A DNA stretch of 25,127 bases from Archangiaceae bacterium (GTDB lineage: Bacteria; Myxococcota; Myxococcia; Myxococcales; Myxococcaceae). The notes under the pieces were generated by a model that saw only the letters and a list, made by a program, of their open reading frames with translations, was not told the DNA's origin and did no database searches. The first letter of the stretch is position 1. Each line of letters opens with the position of its first letter. A program made the translations under genes and the position numbers. Below, piece after piece: positions 8,037-17,724 of this stretch. Location: assembly GCA_043750125.1 (NCBI GenBank), contig JAYVCD010000215.1, positions 1 to 25,127 of the forward strand, in the 5' to 3' direction.

Positions 8037-9911
8037 TTGCGGGTTCGTCTATGGTTGCGTGTGCTCGAATTATTGCAAGCCGTCGAAGCCACGCTCAAGC
8101 CTCTTTTCGAAAGCATCGGAGAGGGCGTGCTCATCGTGGATCCGACGGGCAAGCCGGTGTTGTGGAACGAAGCCGCGGAACGCATCCTCGGCTCGGACAC
8201 GTTTCGCGTTGAAGAAGCATCGTGGATCGACCGCGCCGGCGTCTTCGGCCCCGATGGCGTCACTCCTCTTTCCGGCTTCGATAGACCGCTCTTTCGTGCG
8301 ATGCGCGGCGAGGTTGTCACGAATCAGGAGTTCATCATTCGTGGCGCAGACGGGCGAATCGTTCAGGTCAGCTCTACCGCGCGCGCGCTGAAAGACACGA
8401 CGGGAGCCGTGCAGGGGGGCGTTGCGATTTTTCGAGATATTGGAGAGCAACGTCGTTCACAGGCCGAGCTCCAGGCATCCCAGCGCCTTTACCGCACCCT
8501 CACCAACCACCTGCCGTCGACGGTGGTCATGATGTACGACCGCAATCTTCTCTTCACGATTGCCGGGGGAGGAGGCTTAGCGGCTGCGGGCTTCACCCCG
8601 CTGCAGATCGAAGGCAAGCCGGTTTCCGAGTACGCCTCTGCCGAGCTCCTTCCTGCCTACAGCGCGGTTTTCGATGGCATCGGCGTCGAGCGCGAGGTCC
8701 AACGGAAGGACGGCCGGTTCTATCGGGTTCAGCTCGTTCCCGTACGCGACGAAGCCGAGACCGTGTTTGCGGGCTTGATGGTGGCTGAGGACATCACTGA
8801 CCAGCGCCGTCGCGAGAACGAACGGCGCGAAGTCGAGCAGCTCAAGTTTCTGGCCGAGGCCATCCCTCAGATCGTCTGGACTGCGGAGCCGGACGGCGCC
8901 CTCGACTACTACAGCCAGGCCTGGTTCGACTACACGGGGATGACCCTCGAGCAAACAAAGGGGTGGGGTTGGGCACCCGTCCTTCATCCTGATGATTTGC
9001 AGGAGTGCATCCGAGTCTGGACAGAGGCCGTTCGCACCGGCAGCGACTACGAGACCCATTATCGATTCAAGCGGGCGGTTGACGGTCAATACCGGTGGCA
9101 CCTGGGTCGAGCACGCCCGGTGCGAGACGTGAAAGGGAAGATTTTGAAGTGGTTCGGAACCTGTACAGACATTGATGACCAGCGGCGCGCTGAGGAGGCA
9201 CTGCGCGAGAGTAAGCACGCTCTCGAGGCGCGCGTGCGTGAGCGCACGGCTGAGCTGCATGCTTTGAACGCGGCCCTCGAGCAGTCGCTTCGTGAGAAGG
9301 AGGTGCTCTTGAAGGAGATTCACCATCGGGTGAAAAACAATCTTCAAGTCATCTCCAGCCTCCTCAAGCTTCATTCAGACCAGGTCACGGACCCCGTGGC
9401 TCTTGCAGCATTTCAAGACAGTCAGGATCGAGTGCGTGCGATTGCACTGCTTCATGAGCAGCTATACCAATCGAAGAACCTTGGCGAAGTGGCGGTGACC
9501 CCGTACGCCGAAGCGTTGATTCAGACGCTCGCTCGAGCCAGTGCGCAACGCCCCGTGAGATTCAACGTCGACGGCGGGAAAATCACTTTACCCGTCGATT
9601 CCGCGGTCCCCTTCGGGCTGATCCTCAATGAACTGATAATGAATTGTCTGAAGCACGCCTTCCTCGGAGAGGTCGTGGTGGACCCACGCGTCGAAGTGAT
9701 ACTGAAACGAGTTGGAGCGGACCTCGAGCTCGTCGTTTCAGACAACGGTCGGGGTCTGGCTGCGAACTTTGATCCGTCCACGATGCAGAGTCTTGGAATG
9801 CACCTCGTCATGGCGCTCGCCGGTCAGCTTGGCGGTACGATTCGATTCACCACGGAAGGCGGTGCGAAATGTCGACTGCTTTTCCCGGACCCCGCTAAGG
9901 GCGAGCGATGA
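8037..9911 (+). CDS. Cytoplasmic multi-PAS sensor histidine kinase, HisKA_2 type (start uncertain; GTG 8061 also possible)
   Basis: Three PAS/PAC domains (FESIGEGVLIVD; LTNHLPSTVVMMYD; IPQIVWTAEPDG…LHPDD), H-box EIHHRVKNNLQVISSLL, LILNELIMNCLKHAF and VSDNGRG. Confidence 0.93.
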   Translation: MRVRLWLRVLELLQAVEATLKPLFESIGEGVLIVDPTGKPVLWNEAAERILGSDTFRVEEASWIDRAGVFGPDGVTPLSGFDRPLFRAMRGEVVTNQEFIIRGADGRIVQVSSTARALKDTTGAVQGGVAIFRDIGEQRRSQAELQASQRLYRTLTNHLPSTVVMMYDRNLLFTIAGGGGLAAAGFTPLQIEGKPVSEYASAELLPAYSAVFDGIGVEREVQRKDGRFYRVQLVPVRDEAETVFAGLMVAEDITDQRRRENERREVEQLKFLAEAIPQIVWTAEPDGALDYYSQAWFDYTGMTLEQTKGWGWAPVLHPDDLQECIRVWTEAVRTGSDYETHYRFKRAVDGQYRWHLGRARPVRDVKGKILKWFGTCTDIDDQRRAEEALRESKHALEARVRERTAELHALNAALEQSLREKEVLLKEIHHRVKNNLQVISSLLKLHSDQVTDPVALAAFQDSQDRVRAIALLHEQLYQSKNLGEVAVTPYAEALIQTLARASAQRPVRFNVDGGKITLPVDSAVPFGLILNELIMNCLKHAFLGEVVVDPRVEVILKRVGADLELVVSDNGRGLAANFDPSTMQSLGMHLVMALAGQLGGTIRFTTEGGAKCRLLFPDPAKGER

Positions 9912-11842
9912 ATAGAATTCTGGTGGTGGAGGACGAAGCGCTGATTGCCGGAGACATACAGCGCACGCTCGTGAAGCTCGGCTACGACGTCCCTCCGCCC
10001 GTCGGCACAGGTGAAGCCGCGCTGACCGCAGCCGAGACTCTCAAGCCGAGCTTGATCCTGATGGACATCCAGTTGCGGGGAAAGATGGATGGGATCGACG
10101 CCGCTCGGCAGATTCGGGCGCGGTTCTCGCTTCCGGTTGTCTACCTGACGTCGCACTCGGACGAAGCGACCTTGTCGCGGGCAATGGAGACGCACCCCGC
10201 CGGGTATCTCTTGAAGCCATTCAATGACCGCGAGCTTCGGACTGCGATCGAGGTCGCACTTCACAAACACGAGCTGGAGTCACAGCTTGCGGCCCGAGAA
10301 CGGTGGTTCGCTACCACCTTGCGTTCCATCGGCGACGCGGTGATTGCCACCGACCCGAACGAAGTCATCACCTTCATGAACGGCGTCGCCGAGAGGTTGA
10401 CCGGATGGGGCAACGAGGCGATCGGTCGGCCACTGGCTGAGGTCTTTCGACTGGTCGACAGAACAGGCGCTCCCGTCGCGAGCCCGATCCGCCTCGCGCT
10501 CCAAAGCTCGTTCGCGGTGCAGCTGCCCCCGAACACCGGCCTCGTCTTGAAGACGGGCCACCAGATCGCCGTGGACGACAGCGCTGCGCCGATTACGGAC
10601 GACCGAGGAGCGATCCTGGGTGGGGTGGTCGTCTTTCGTGACATCAGCGACCGCCGGAAGCTTGAAGAGCGTCTGGCCCAAACCGAACGACTTGCGTCGA
10701 TCGGCACCCTGGCCGCTGGGACGGCGCACGAAATCAACAATCCGTTGTCGTTCGTCATTTCGAACGTCGAGTTGACGCGGGAAGCACTGGTCACATTGGG
10801 AGGACGGCTGCGCGGCCTTCGGTTCGTCGAAGGACAAGCTGATGCCCTTGCCCAAGTGTTCGAGCAGCTGGCCGAGCTCGAAGAGGCGATGCGCGACGCG
10901 CACGACGGCGCGGAACGCGTTCGGAAGATTGTTCAATCGATGAAAAAATTCGTCCGTTCTGAGGCGTCCCCCCAGGGAATCATTGATCTGCCCGACGTGC
11001 TGGAGGCAGTCGTGAAGATGACGGACAACGCAGTTCGCCACCACGCGCGAGTGCGTCGAAACTTCGGGACGACGCCCTTCGTGGAGGCCGACGATGGGCC
11101 GCTCGCCCAGGTCTTCACGAACTTGCTGATCAACGCAGCCCAGGCGATCGGCGACGGGCGGGCCGACGCGAACGAAATCTCGTTGACCACCTTCACCGAT
11201 GCCGTCGGGAACGCGGTGGTCGAGGTGCGCGACTCAGGCTCTGGGATCCGGCCAGAGGTGCTGCCCCGAATATTTGATCCGTTCTTCACAACGAAACCCG
11301 TGGGCAGTGGCACTGGCCTCGGTCTCGCGATTTGTCACAACATCATCGCGGGGTTGGGTGGCCAGCTCGGCGCGGAAAGTCCCCCCGGCGGAGGAGCCTT
11401 GTTCCGCGTCACGCTCCCGCCTGCGCGGCGCAAGGCTTCGGCTGCCGGGGTCCTGGTTGCGAGCAAGGTCCCGCCGCGTCGCGGCAGGATCCTCGTCATC
11501 GACGATGAGCAACACGTGGCGCTCGCTGTTGCTCGCGTTCTGCGCGGGCAGCACGACGTAACCGTGATGACCGATGCTCGGGTCGCGCTCGCGCAGATCG
11601 CTGCCGGAGCTTTCTTCGACGTGATCTTCTGTGACCTGATGATGCCCTCTGTTTCCGGCATGGACGTCTACGAATCACTCGCGGCGGCCAATCCCGATCA
11701 GGCCATGCGAATGGTGTTCATGAGTGGCGGAACGTTTTCCGAGCGCTCTACCGAATTTTTGGAGAACACCGCCAACGTGCACATCGCCAAACCGTTTGCG
11801 GTCGAGTCGTTGCGCGCGATCGCGCGGGACTATGTCCAGTAG
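9908..11842 (+). CDS. Hybrid histidine kinase: REC-PAS-HisKA-HATPase-REC
   Basis: ATGA overlap with the upstream kinase. N-terminal REC (ILVVEDE…LMDIQL…KPF), PAS (SIGDAVIATD), H-box AHEINNPL, NLLINAAQA, FDPFFTTKPVGSGTGLGL and a C-terminal REC (ILVIDDE…CDLMMP…KPF). Confidence 0.95.
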   Translation: MNRILVVEDEALIAGDIQRTLVKLGYDVPPPVGTGEAALTAAETLKPSLILMDIQLRGKMDGIDAARQIRARFSLPVVYLTSHSDEATLSRAMETHPAGYLLKPFNDRELRTAIEVALHKHELESQLAARERWFATTLRSIGDAVIATDPNEVITFMNGVAERLTGWGNEAIGRPLAEVFRLVDRTGAPVASPIRLALQSSFAVQLPPNTGLVLKTGHQIAVDDSAAPITDDRGAILGGVVVFRDISDRRKLEERLAQTERLASIGTLAAGTAHEINNPLSFVISNVELTREALVTLGGRLRGLRFVEGQADALAQVFEQLAELEEAMRDAHDGAERVRKIVQSMKKFVRSEASPQGIIDLPDVLEAVVKMTDNAVRHHARVRRNFGTTPFVEADDGPLAQVFTNLLINAAQAIGDGRADANEISLTTFTDAVGNAVVEVRDSGSGIRPEVLPRIFDPFFTTKPVGSGTGLGLAICHNIIAGLGGQLGAESPPGGGALFRVTLPPARRKASAAGVLVASKVPPRRGRILVIDDEQHVALAVARVLRGQHDVTVMTDARVALAQIAAGAFFDVIFCDLMMPSVSGMDVYESLAAANPDQAMRMVFMSGGTFSERSTEFLENTANVHIAKPFAVESLRAIARDYVQ

Positions 11843-11858
11843 CTCCCTGCCACCCGGG

Positions 11859-11882
11859 GCTTGACGGCGTCCCGCATCAAGC
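11859..11882 (+). terminator. Hairpin downstream of the hybrid kinase (possible terminator or RNA-stabilising stem)
   Basis: GCTTGA…TCAAGC stem with inner CGG/CCG pairs, beginning 17 bp after the stop codon. No U-tract. Confidence 0.3.
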
Positions 11883-11977
11883 GCGCCACATGTGATCATT
11901 GAGGACGCTCTACCTCGGAGGTGATCACCTCAGTCGTGAGTCCGCACGGCTATCTCCAGACGACGCGGACGAAGAGC

Positions 11978-12100
11978 CTGTGCCGCTACGGAGCGCGCGG
12001 GCCGCTGAGCCTCGAGCGCCTCACCCGCCGCGAAGACGGGAAGCTCGAGTACCGTTTGAAGAAGCCGGCGCCCAACGGCGCTGCTGTGCTGGTGCTGGAG
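11978..12100 (+). mobile_element. IS91/ISCR-family (Y2 rolling-circle) transposase fragment
   Basis: LCRYGARGPLSLERLTRREDGKLEYRLKKPAPNGAAVLVLE matches the conserved Y2_Tnp block 'LERLCRYxxRxxxxxERL…DGxxxYRLKxPxxDGxxxLxL'. Only about 41 codons remain. Confidence 0.75.
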
Positions 12101-12388
12101 CTGCGTCCTCAACCCGCGTCACCTCCACGGCTCGTCTTCAGACAGCCCGACATTGTGGGGCAGCAGTGCGACCTGCTCGAGGGCGAGGCGCGCTGGTTCA
12201 CCTTCCCGCTGCTGCGCGCCGACCAGATCTGGGAAGACTTCTGCCCCGCGCGCCTGTCGTTGAGTCAGACCGCAAGCCACGGCGTTGGGCTGGTGCCCGA
12301 GCTCACGTTTTCCGAGGAAACATTGGGCAACGGGCGCACCTACTCCACCTACACGCCCGCGGGACAATCGCTCTGGGTCTTCCCGTAG
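12101..12388 (+). pseudogene. 3' remnant of an unidentified gene fused in frame to the transposase fragment
   Basis: The frame stays open with strongly GC-biased third positions (…PDIVGQQCDLLEGEARWFTFPLL…SLWVFP*), but no transposase similarity is recognisable. Confidence 0.4.
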
Positions 12389-12397
12389 CTGGTCGGG

Positions 12398-13435
12398 TCA
12401 GCCGCGGACGGCAGCGATCAGCCGGGGTCCCATCTCGTCCGGAGCCAGAATCTCGTCGACCCACCCGGCAAGCACGGCTTCCTTCGGCATTCCATAGACA
12501 ACGCAGCTCGCTTCGCTCTGCGCGAGGATTCTGCCGCCGGCCTTCTTCACGGTGCCAAGGCCATCCACGCCGTCCCGCCCCATTCCAGAGAGAATGAGCG
12601 CGAGCGCGCCTGAGCGGTAGACCTCGGCCACGGACTCGAACAGCAACGTCGCCGAAGGTCGAAAGCCACCGACCATTCGCGCGTCCGTCAGGAGCACCAC
12701 GCCCGCGGCTCCGGCGATCAGGTGTTTGTTGTCCGGACAGACGTACGCCGTTGCCGGCATCAGCCGTTCGCCGTTGCTCGCAAGCTGGACCTTCAGCTGG
12801 CTGCCGGCGTTCAACCAGTGAACGAAGCCGTCAGAGAAACCGACCGCGATGTGCTGGACGATCAGCACCGGCACCGGAAAGTCTCTCGGAAGCGACGCGA
12901 GGATCTTCTGGAGCGTCGCAGGCGCGCCAGTGGATCCTGCGATGGCGATCACCCGCACCGGCTGGGCGGGCCGCGTCGATGGCAGCGCTGCTCCGGGCGG
13001 CTCGGGGCGAATGCGTGGCTCGCCACGGCGCGCGAGCTTCACCTTCGACATCGCCTTGACTGTCGCGAGCAGCTCGCGGCGCTGGGCGTCGAATCGAGGC
13101 GATGAGGGGCCCGGAGGTTTTGGCACCAGGGCCAGCGCGCCCGCAGAGAGCGCATTCATCGACACCTCCACCTCGCGAACATCGACGTTGGCCGAGACGA
13201 TCACGATCGGCACCGGCTGTTCCTTCATGATCTCGCGGGTTGCGCTGATGCCGTCCATCAGGGGCATCTGCACGTCCATCAAGATCACGTCTGGCCGAAG
13301 CGTCCTCGCCAGCTCAATGACTTCTTTGCCGTCCTTCGCCACGCCGATGACGTCGATCCCGCCATCCGAGTTGAGGATCTCGAGCAGCAGCTCACGCGCT
13401 GTGGGCGAGTCTTCGGCGAGGACCACGCGAATCAT
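12398..13435 (-). CDS. cheB: Chemotaxis protein-glutamate methylesterase (REC + CheB)
   Basis: MIRVVLAEDS…MDVQMP REC domain. Ser/His/Asp triad motifs AGSTGAP, VQHIAVGF and SGMGRDG. GAGGTG RBS before ATG 13435; GTG 13444 is an alternative start. Confidence 0.95.
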   Translation of the reverse strand: MIRVVLAEDSPTARELLLEILNSDGGIDVIGVAKDGKEVIELARTLRPDVILMDVQMPLMDGISATREIMKEQPVPIVIVSANVDVREVEVSMNALSAGALALVPKPPGPSSPRFDAQRRELLATVKAMSKVKLARRGEPRIRPEPPGAALPSTRPAQPVRVIAIAGSTGAPATLQKILASLPRDFPVPVLIVQHIAVGFSDGFVHWLNAGSQLKVQLASNGERLMPATAYVCPDNKHLIAGAAGVVLLTDARMVGGFRPSATLLFESVAEVYRSGALALILSGMGRDGVDGLGTVKKAGGRILAQSEASCVVYGMPKEAVLAGWVDEILAPDEMGPRLIAAVRG

Positions 13436-13445
13436 CGAAGACACC

Positions 13446-15500
13446 TCACAGGAGCTGCCCGATGATGTCGAGCAGATCCTTCTGGTCGAACGCCGTCTTC
13501 ACCACGTAGCCGTTGGCGCCCGCTTCCATTCCTCTGCGGCGATCTGATTCCGATGCGAGGCCGGTCACCAACACCACTGGAAGCCCCGCCAGTCGCTGCG
13601 ACGCCCGGATCGCCTGGGTGAGCTCGATGCCTGTCATGACCGGCATCTCCACGTCCGAGACCACCAGGTCGACCGTTTGGTGCTGCAGCAGGCCCCAGGC
13701 CTCGGCGCCATCCACCGCCAGCACCACCTCGTAGCCGTGCGACTCGAGGATCATCCGCTCGAGCGTGCGGGTCGTGGGCGAGTCGTCGGCGAGCAGCACT
13801 CTGCGCGAGCGCCGCACTGTGGGCCCAACGACGGCGGCGGCGGGACCGACGCTGCGAGCGACCTGCATCAGCCCGAGAGGATCGAGGATTGGAGCCAGGC
13901 GGTTTCCCGAAAGGAACGCGGCGCCGAGCAACTGCCGCGCACCAGAGAAGCGGTCGCCGAGCGGATGCACCGTCACCACTTTTTCCTCGTGCACCTGCTC
14001 GACTTCGATTGCCTGGCGCAGCTCGCCGCGCTCGAGCACGACGACATTCAGCCGCGCAACGGGCGATTGCGCGGGAGGAAGACCCAGCACACTGCGCAGC
14101 GTGGTCACCGGAAGGTTGCCCTCTGCGACGAGGACCTCTTTGCCGTCCACGCGTCCCAGCGACGCGCGGTCGATGCGCAGAATCCGGGCGATGCCATAGG
14201 CGGGCACGCCGAAGACGCGGTCGCCTTCCGCCATCAGCACCACCCGCAGGCGCGCCAGAGTCACCGGGACGACGAGGGAGAACTGGGTGCCCTGCTCCGT
14301 CTCGACCAGCTCGACCGTTCCGCGCAGCGCCTGGACCTTGTTGCGCACCACGTCGAGGCCCACGCCGCGGCCCGACACTTCGGTGACTTCTTTCGCCGCG
14401 CTCAAGCCCGGTGCAAAGAGCAGCTCTCGCAGGTCCGCCGCGTCGCGGGGCTCGGCGAGGCCCATTGCTTTGGCGAGCGAGCGGACCTTCTGCCAATCGA
14501 CCCCGCCCCCGTCGTCCGATACCCGGATGCGGACCAGATCGCCCGACAGCTCGGCCGAGATCGTCACGGTTCCTTCCTGGGACTTTCCTTTCGCGATGCG
14601 CTCGGTCGGCAGCTCGAGGCCGTGGTCCACTGCGTTTCGAACCAGGTGGAGCAGCGCATCGCTGACGGTCTCGAGCACGCGGCGGTCGAGCTCGACGGCG
14701 CCGTCGAGACACACCAGCCGGGCCGATTTTCCGGTCGCGGTGGCGACGTCATGGACGACCCGATCGAGGCCCCGGCAGGTTTCTTCGAACGGAGCCAGTC
14801 GAACGCGCATCGCGGCGTCGGAGACTTCCTGAACCGTCTGCAGCACCTCGCGCTGCGAGCCTTCGAGCACGCGCTCGAGGGCCGACAGGCGCTGGCTGAA
14901 CCCACGGACAGCGTCGCGCGAGCCCCCGAGCTTTTCGGCTGCCTGCCGCAGGTTGGAGACCAACGGCGCAAAGTCCTCGCGCTCTACCGCCAATGACGCG
15001 CGCGCGCTCGCCTGCAACAACCCATCGAGCTTCTCGGTCGACGTACGCACGGTCGCAAGCGGGGCCGAAACGCCCGAGGCCGCCTCCACATCCTGAGCGG
15101 GTGCGACGGCCTCGCCCAATCCGGAGAAGAGCGCCGACAGCTTCGCGCCGGGAAGCCCGCGGGTGCTCTCGAGCCGCTCGCCCGATTCGGTCAGCGCGTC
15201 GACCGCGAGCAACAGCCGGTCGACCCACTGCGACCCGACCGGCTGCTTTGAATCGCGCACGGCGCCGAGCTGATCTTCGACGAGGTGGGCGACCCGTTCG
15301 AGCAGCGGAACGCCCACGGCCCGCGCGGCGCCCTTCACGGTGTGAAAGATCCGGAACATCGAACGGAGGTTCTCACGCTGCGCCTCCTCGGACGGCTGGG
15401 CGCGCAGCGCGAGCGCTCCGTCTTGAAGCGCGCGGGCGTGCTCAGCGAGCTCGTCGACGAACGCGCGAAGCAGCCTGGCTTTGAGCTCCTGGTGATCCAC
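13446..15500 (-). CDS. cheA: CheA-type hybrid kinase (Hpt-dimerisation-HATPase-CheW-REC; WspE/FrzE-like)
   Basis: FHTVKGAARAVG (Hpt), HLVRNAVDHGLE, DDGGG, VTEVSGRGVGLDVV, a CheW-like P5 domain and a C-terminal REC (VLLADDS…SDVEMP). Confidence 0.95.
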   Translation of the reverse strand: MDHQELKARLLRAFVDELAEHARALQDGALALRAQPSEEAQRENLRSMFRIFHTVKGAARAVGVPLLERVAHLVEDQLGAVRDSKQPVGSQWVDRLLLAVDALTESGERLESTRGLPGAKLSALFSGLGEAVAPAQDVEAASGVSAPLATVRTSTEKLDGLLQASARASLAVEREDFAPLVSNLRQAAEKLGGSRDAVRGFSQRLSALERVLEGSQREVLQTVQEVSDAAMRVRLAPFEETCRGLDRVVHDVATATGKSARLVCLDGAVELDRRVLETVSDALLHLVRNAVDHGLELPTERIAKGKSQEGTVTISAELSGDLVRIRVSDDGGGVDWQKVRSLAKAMGLAEPRDAADLRELLFAPGLSAAKEVTEVSGRGVGLDVVRNKVQALRGTVELVETEQGTQFSLVVPVTLARLRVVLMAEGDRVFGVPAYGIARILRIDRASLGRVDGKEVLVAEGNLPVTTLRSVLGLPPAQSPVARLNVVVLERGELRQAIEVEQVHEEKVVTVHPLGDRFSGARQLLGAAFLSGNRLAPILDPLGLMQVARSVGPAAAVVGPTVRRSRRVLLADDSPTTRTLERMILESHGYEVVLAVDGAEAWGLLQHQTVDLVVSDVEMPVMTGIELTQAIRASQRLAGLPVVLVTGLASESDRRRGMEAGANGYVVKTAFDQKDLLDIIGQLL

Positions 15501-15503
15501 GGT

Positions 15504-17147
15504 TCAGCTGCGCACAGAGGTGGTGAGCTCGCGCAGCTCCTTTGCGAGCAGATCGAGGTCCCGGGCGAGTCGGTCGTTCTGCTGCGTCGCGGCGAGGCCC
15601 TGGGTGGTCGCCTGGCTGATGTCGCGAATGGCCTGGTGGATCTGCGAGACGCCGGTGTTCTGCTGAGTGACCGCGCTCGAGATCTGCGTCACCGAGTCAC
15701 CAAACGCGGCGATCGTCGAGCTCAGTGAGAGGACGGTGGTCCCTGCGTGGTCGGCCGCCTTGGCCGCGGCCTCGAGCGAGCGCGTTCCCTCTTCGGCAGA
15801 GAGCACCGCGTTGTTCGCCATCTTCTGCACCTCGGTGAGGATCTGCCGAACCTGAACTGTGGCCTTCTTCGATTGCTCGGCCAGCGACTTCACCTCGCCT
15901 GCCACCACCGCGAAGCTCTTGCCCTGCTCGCCGGCTCGAGATGCCTCGATCGCCGCGTTGAGCGCGAGGATGTTCGTCTGGTCCGCCAGCTCGGTGATGA
16001 GCGTGATGACCTCGCCGACCGCTTGTCCGCGCTCTGCGAGCGCGAGGATCGATTGGGCCACCACGTGGGTCCGCTCTTTCGCCGTCTGCATCATCTGCTG
16101 GGCCGTCACGACCGCTTCCTTGCCGGCGCGGCTGACTTCTTCAGATCGCCGCGCGGCATCGTTCATCTCCTTCGCCTGGCGGCTGTTCTGTTCCGACAGC
16201 TGGGAGACCTCGTCCACAGTGGCGGCAGTTTGAGACACCGCCGCGGCCTGCTCTTGCGCTCCCGCCGTTTGCTGGGCGACCCCTGCCAGCAGCTCGGCTG
16301 TGCCGGTGGTCATGCGAACAACCGCCTCGTTGACGCCGACGAGAACGCGGTTGCGCTCGGCGGTGCGGGTGGAGACTTCGCGTTCGGCCCCCTGTCGCTT
16401 TTCGGTCATCTGGTTGATGCGCCTGGCCAGCTCACCGGTCTCGTCCTTCGAGGCCAGCGAGATTCGGTGGTCGAGATCTCCACCGCCGACCTTCTCAGTG
16501 CCGCCCATCAGCTGGTTGAGCGAACCGGTGATGTTCCGGCTGAGCCAGACGCTGGCGAAGATGAAGATCCCCAGGCCGAGGATCGCGACGACGAGCACCA
16601 GCGTCTGCGCGCTGCGCGCAGTCTCGGTCGCGGCCTCCGAGAGCTCGGCCATCCGCGCCTTCTCCTGCGTCTCGAGGTCGGCGAGGATCTTCCGGATCTC
16701 GTCCATCTTCGCCTTCCCCGCGCCCAGCTTGACCAACGCGATGGCCGCTTCGGCGCCCTGCTTCTGGCGCGTGCTCACCTGCTGCTCACGACCTTCCATC
16801 GACGCGTCGATCGCGCTGTCGAGCGCGTCGAGCCGGGCCCCCATCTGCGGGTTCCGGAGTGCGAGCACACGCAGCTCGCGCGATACCTGCCGAATTCCAA
16901 CCCGCGCCTCTTTGAGGGGCTCGAGGAAGGGCTCTTCGCCGGTGATGATGTAGCCGCGGGCGCCGGTCTCTGCGTTGAGCATCTGCTCGAGCGCCTTGTG
17001 AAGCGTGAGCATGACCTGCTGCTCGTCGGCCGATTGCTTCAGCGTCTCGGACAGGGCGTTGGTGGTTCGAAACGCGGTCACCGCGAGGATCAACAGGATC
17101 ACCGCACCGGTGATGTACCCAAGCCAGATCTTCAGTCCGATTTTCAA
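15504..17147 (-). CDS. Methyl-accepting chemotaxis protein with periplasmic CHASE3-like sensor and HAMP domain
   Basis: Two TM helices flank [20 protein letters not shown]…GKAKMDEIR (CHASE3). HAMP ([14 protein letters not shown]) and signalling tip [30 protein letters not shown] before TTG. Confidence 0.94.
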   Translation of the reverse strand: MKIGLKIWLGYITGAVILLILAVTAFRTTNALSETLKQSADEQQVMLTLHKALEQMLNAETGARGYIITGEEPFLEPLKEARVGIRQVSRELRVLALRNPQMGARLDALDSAIDASMEGREQQVSTRQKQGAEAAIALVKLGAGKAKMDEIRKILADLETQEKARMAELSEAATETARSAQTLVLVVAILGLGIFIFASVWLSRNITGSLNQLMGGTEKVGGGDLDHRISLASKDETGELARRINQMTEKRQGAEREVSTRTAERNRVLVGVNEAVVRMTTGTAELLAGVAQQTAGAQEQAAAVSQTAATVDEVSQLSEQNSRQAKEMNDAARRSEEVSRAGKEAVVTAQQMMQTAKERTHVVAQSILALAERGQAVGEVITLITELADQTNILALNAAIEASRAGEQGKSFAVVAGEVKSLAEQSKKATVQVRQILTEVQKMANNAVLSAEEGTRSLEAAAKAADHAGTTVLSLSSTIAAFGDSVTQISSAVTQQNTGVSQIHQAIRDISQATTQGLAATQQNDRLARDLDLLAKELRELTTSVRS

Positions 17148-17160
17148 GAAGCTCCTTTCG

Positions 17161-17724
17161 TCATGACCACGTCAGCCGGGGCTCGGCGAGGATCGCCTGA
17201 CCTGAAAGCACCCGAATCGATTCCTCAGCGATCAACCCTTCGAACAGCTGCGACCGGCTCAGCGCTTCGGGCATCGGGGCCACATCGGCAGTGGGCGTCT
17301 GAAACGCGAAGGACACCTCGCGCACCGCCAGGCCCAGCTCGGCCCGCTCTCGCCCGAGCACCAGCAGCCACGCAGGCGCGAGCGTCGACGCTGCGCCGGT
17401 CAAGAGCTCGGCAGGGTCCCAGGCCGACAAGAGCTGTCCACGAAACGCGCAGAGGCCCAGGAGCGCAGCCGGGCCAAATGGAACGGGCGTGACCTTCGGC
17501 AGGTGCAGGCTCGCGCGGACGAACTGCGTCTTCAGCGCGAAGTGTTCTGCTCCGCACGCGAAGCGCACCAGGTCCACTCGCTCGCCCAGCTGGATCGCCG
17601 GCGGAGCGCGGCCAAGAATCTTCGCGCGCGCAGCCATCACCTCGCGAGCGCGCTCGGGCGTCGGCTCTTCGAGCGCATGCTCGAGCGATACCAGGCGCGA
17701 TCGCGCAGCTTCCCAATCAATCAT
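17161..17724 (-). CDS. cheW: CheW coupling protein (WspD-like, with N-terminal extension)
   Basis: [10 protein letters not shown]…AARAKIL extension, then F…EHFAL…[22 protein letters not shown]. 8-bp overlap with cheR. Confidence 0.88.
   Translation of the reverse strand: MIDWEAARSRLVSLEHALEEPTPERAREVMAARAKILGRAPPAIQLGERVDLVRFACGAEHFALKTQFVRASLHLPKVTPVPFGPAALLGLCAFRGQLLSAWDPAELLTGAASTLAPAWLLVLGRERAELGLAVREVSFAFQTPTADVAPMPEALSRSQLFEGLIAEESIRVLSGQAILAEPRLTWS

Noticed and set aside
7761-8212. ORFs 7761-8003 and 7913-8212 as functional small proteins
   Set aside because: They are the two frames of the ligase remnant, running on into unrelated sequence.
15747-17492. 581-aa + strand ORF, and similar long ORFs opposite cheA, cheR, aidB and the 19838 gene
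   Set aside because: Antisense or off-frame ORFs expected in high-GC DNA; each overlaps a well-supported gene.
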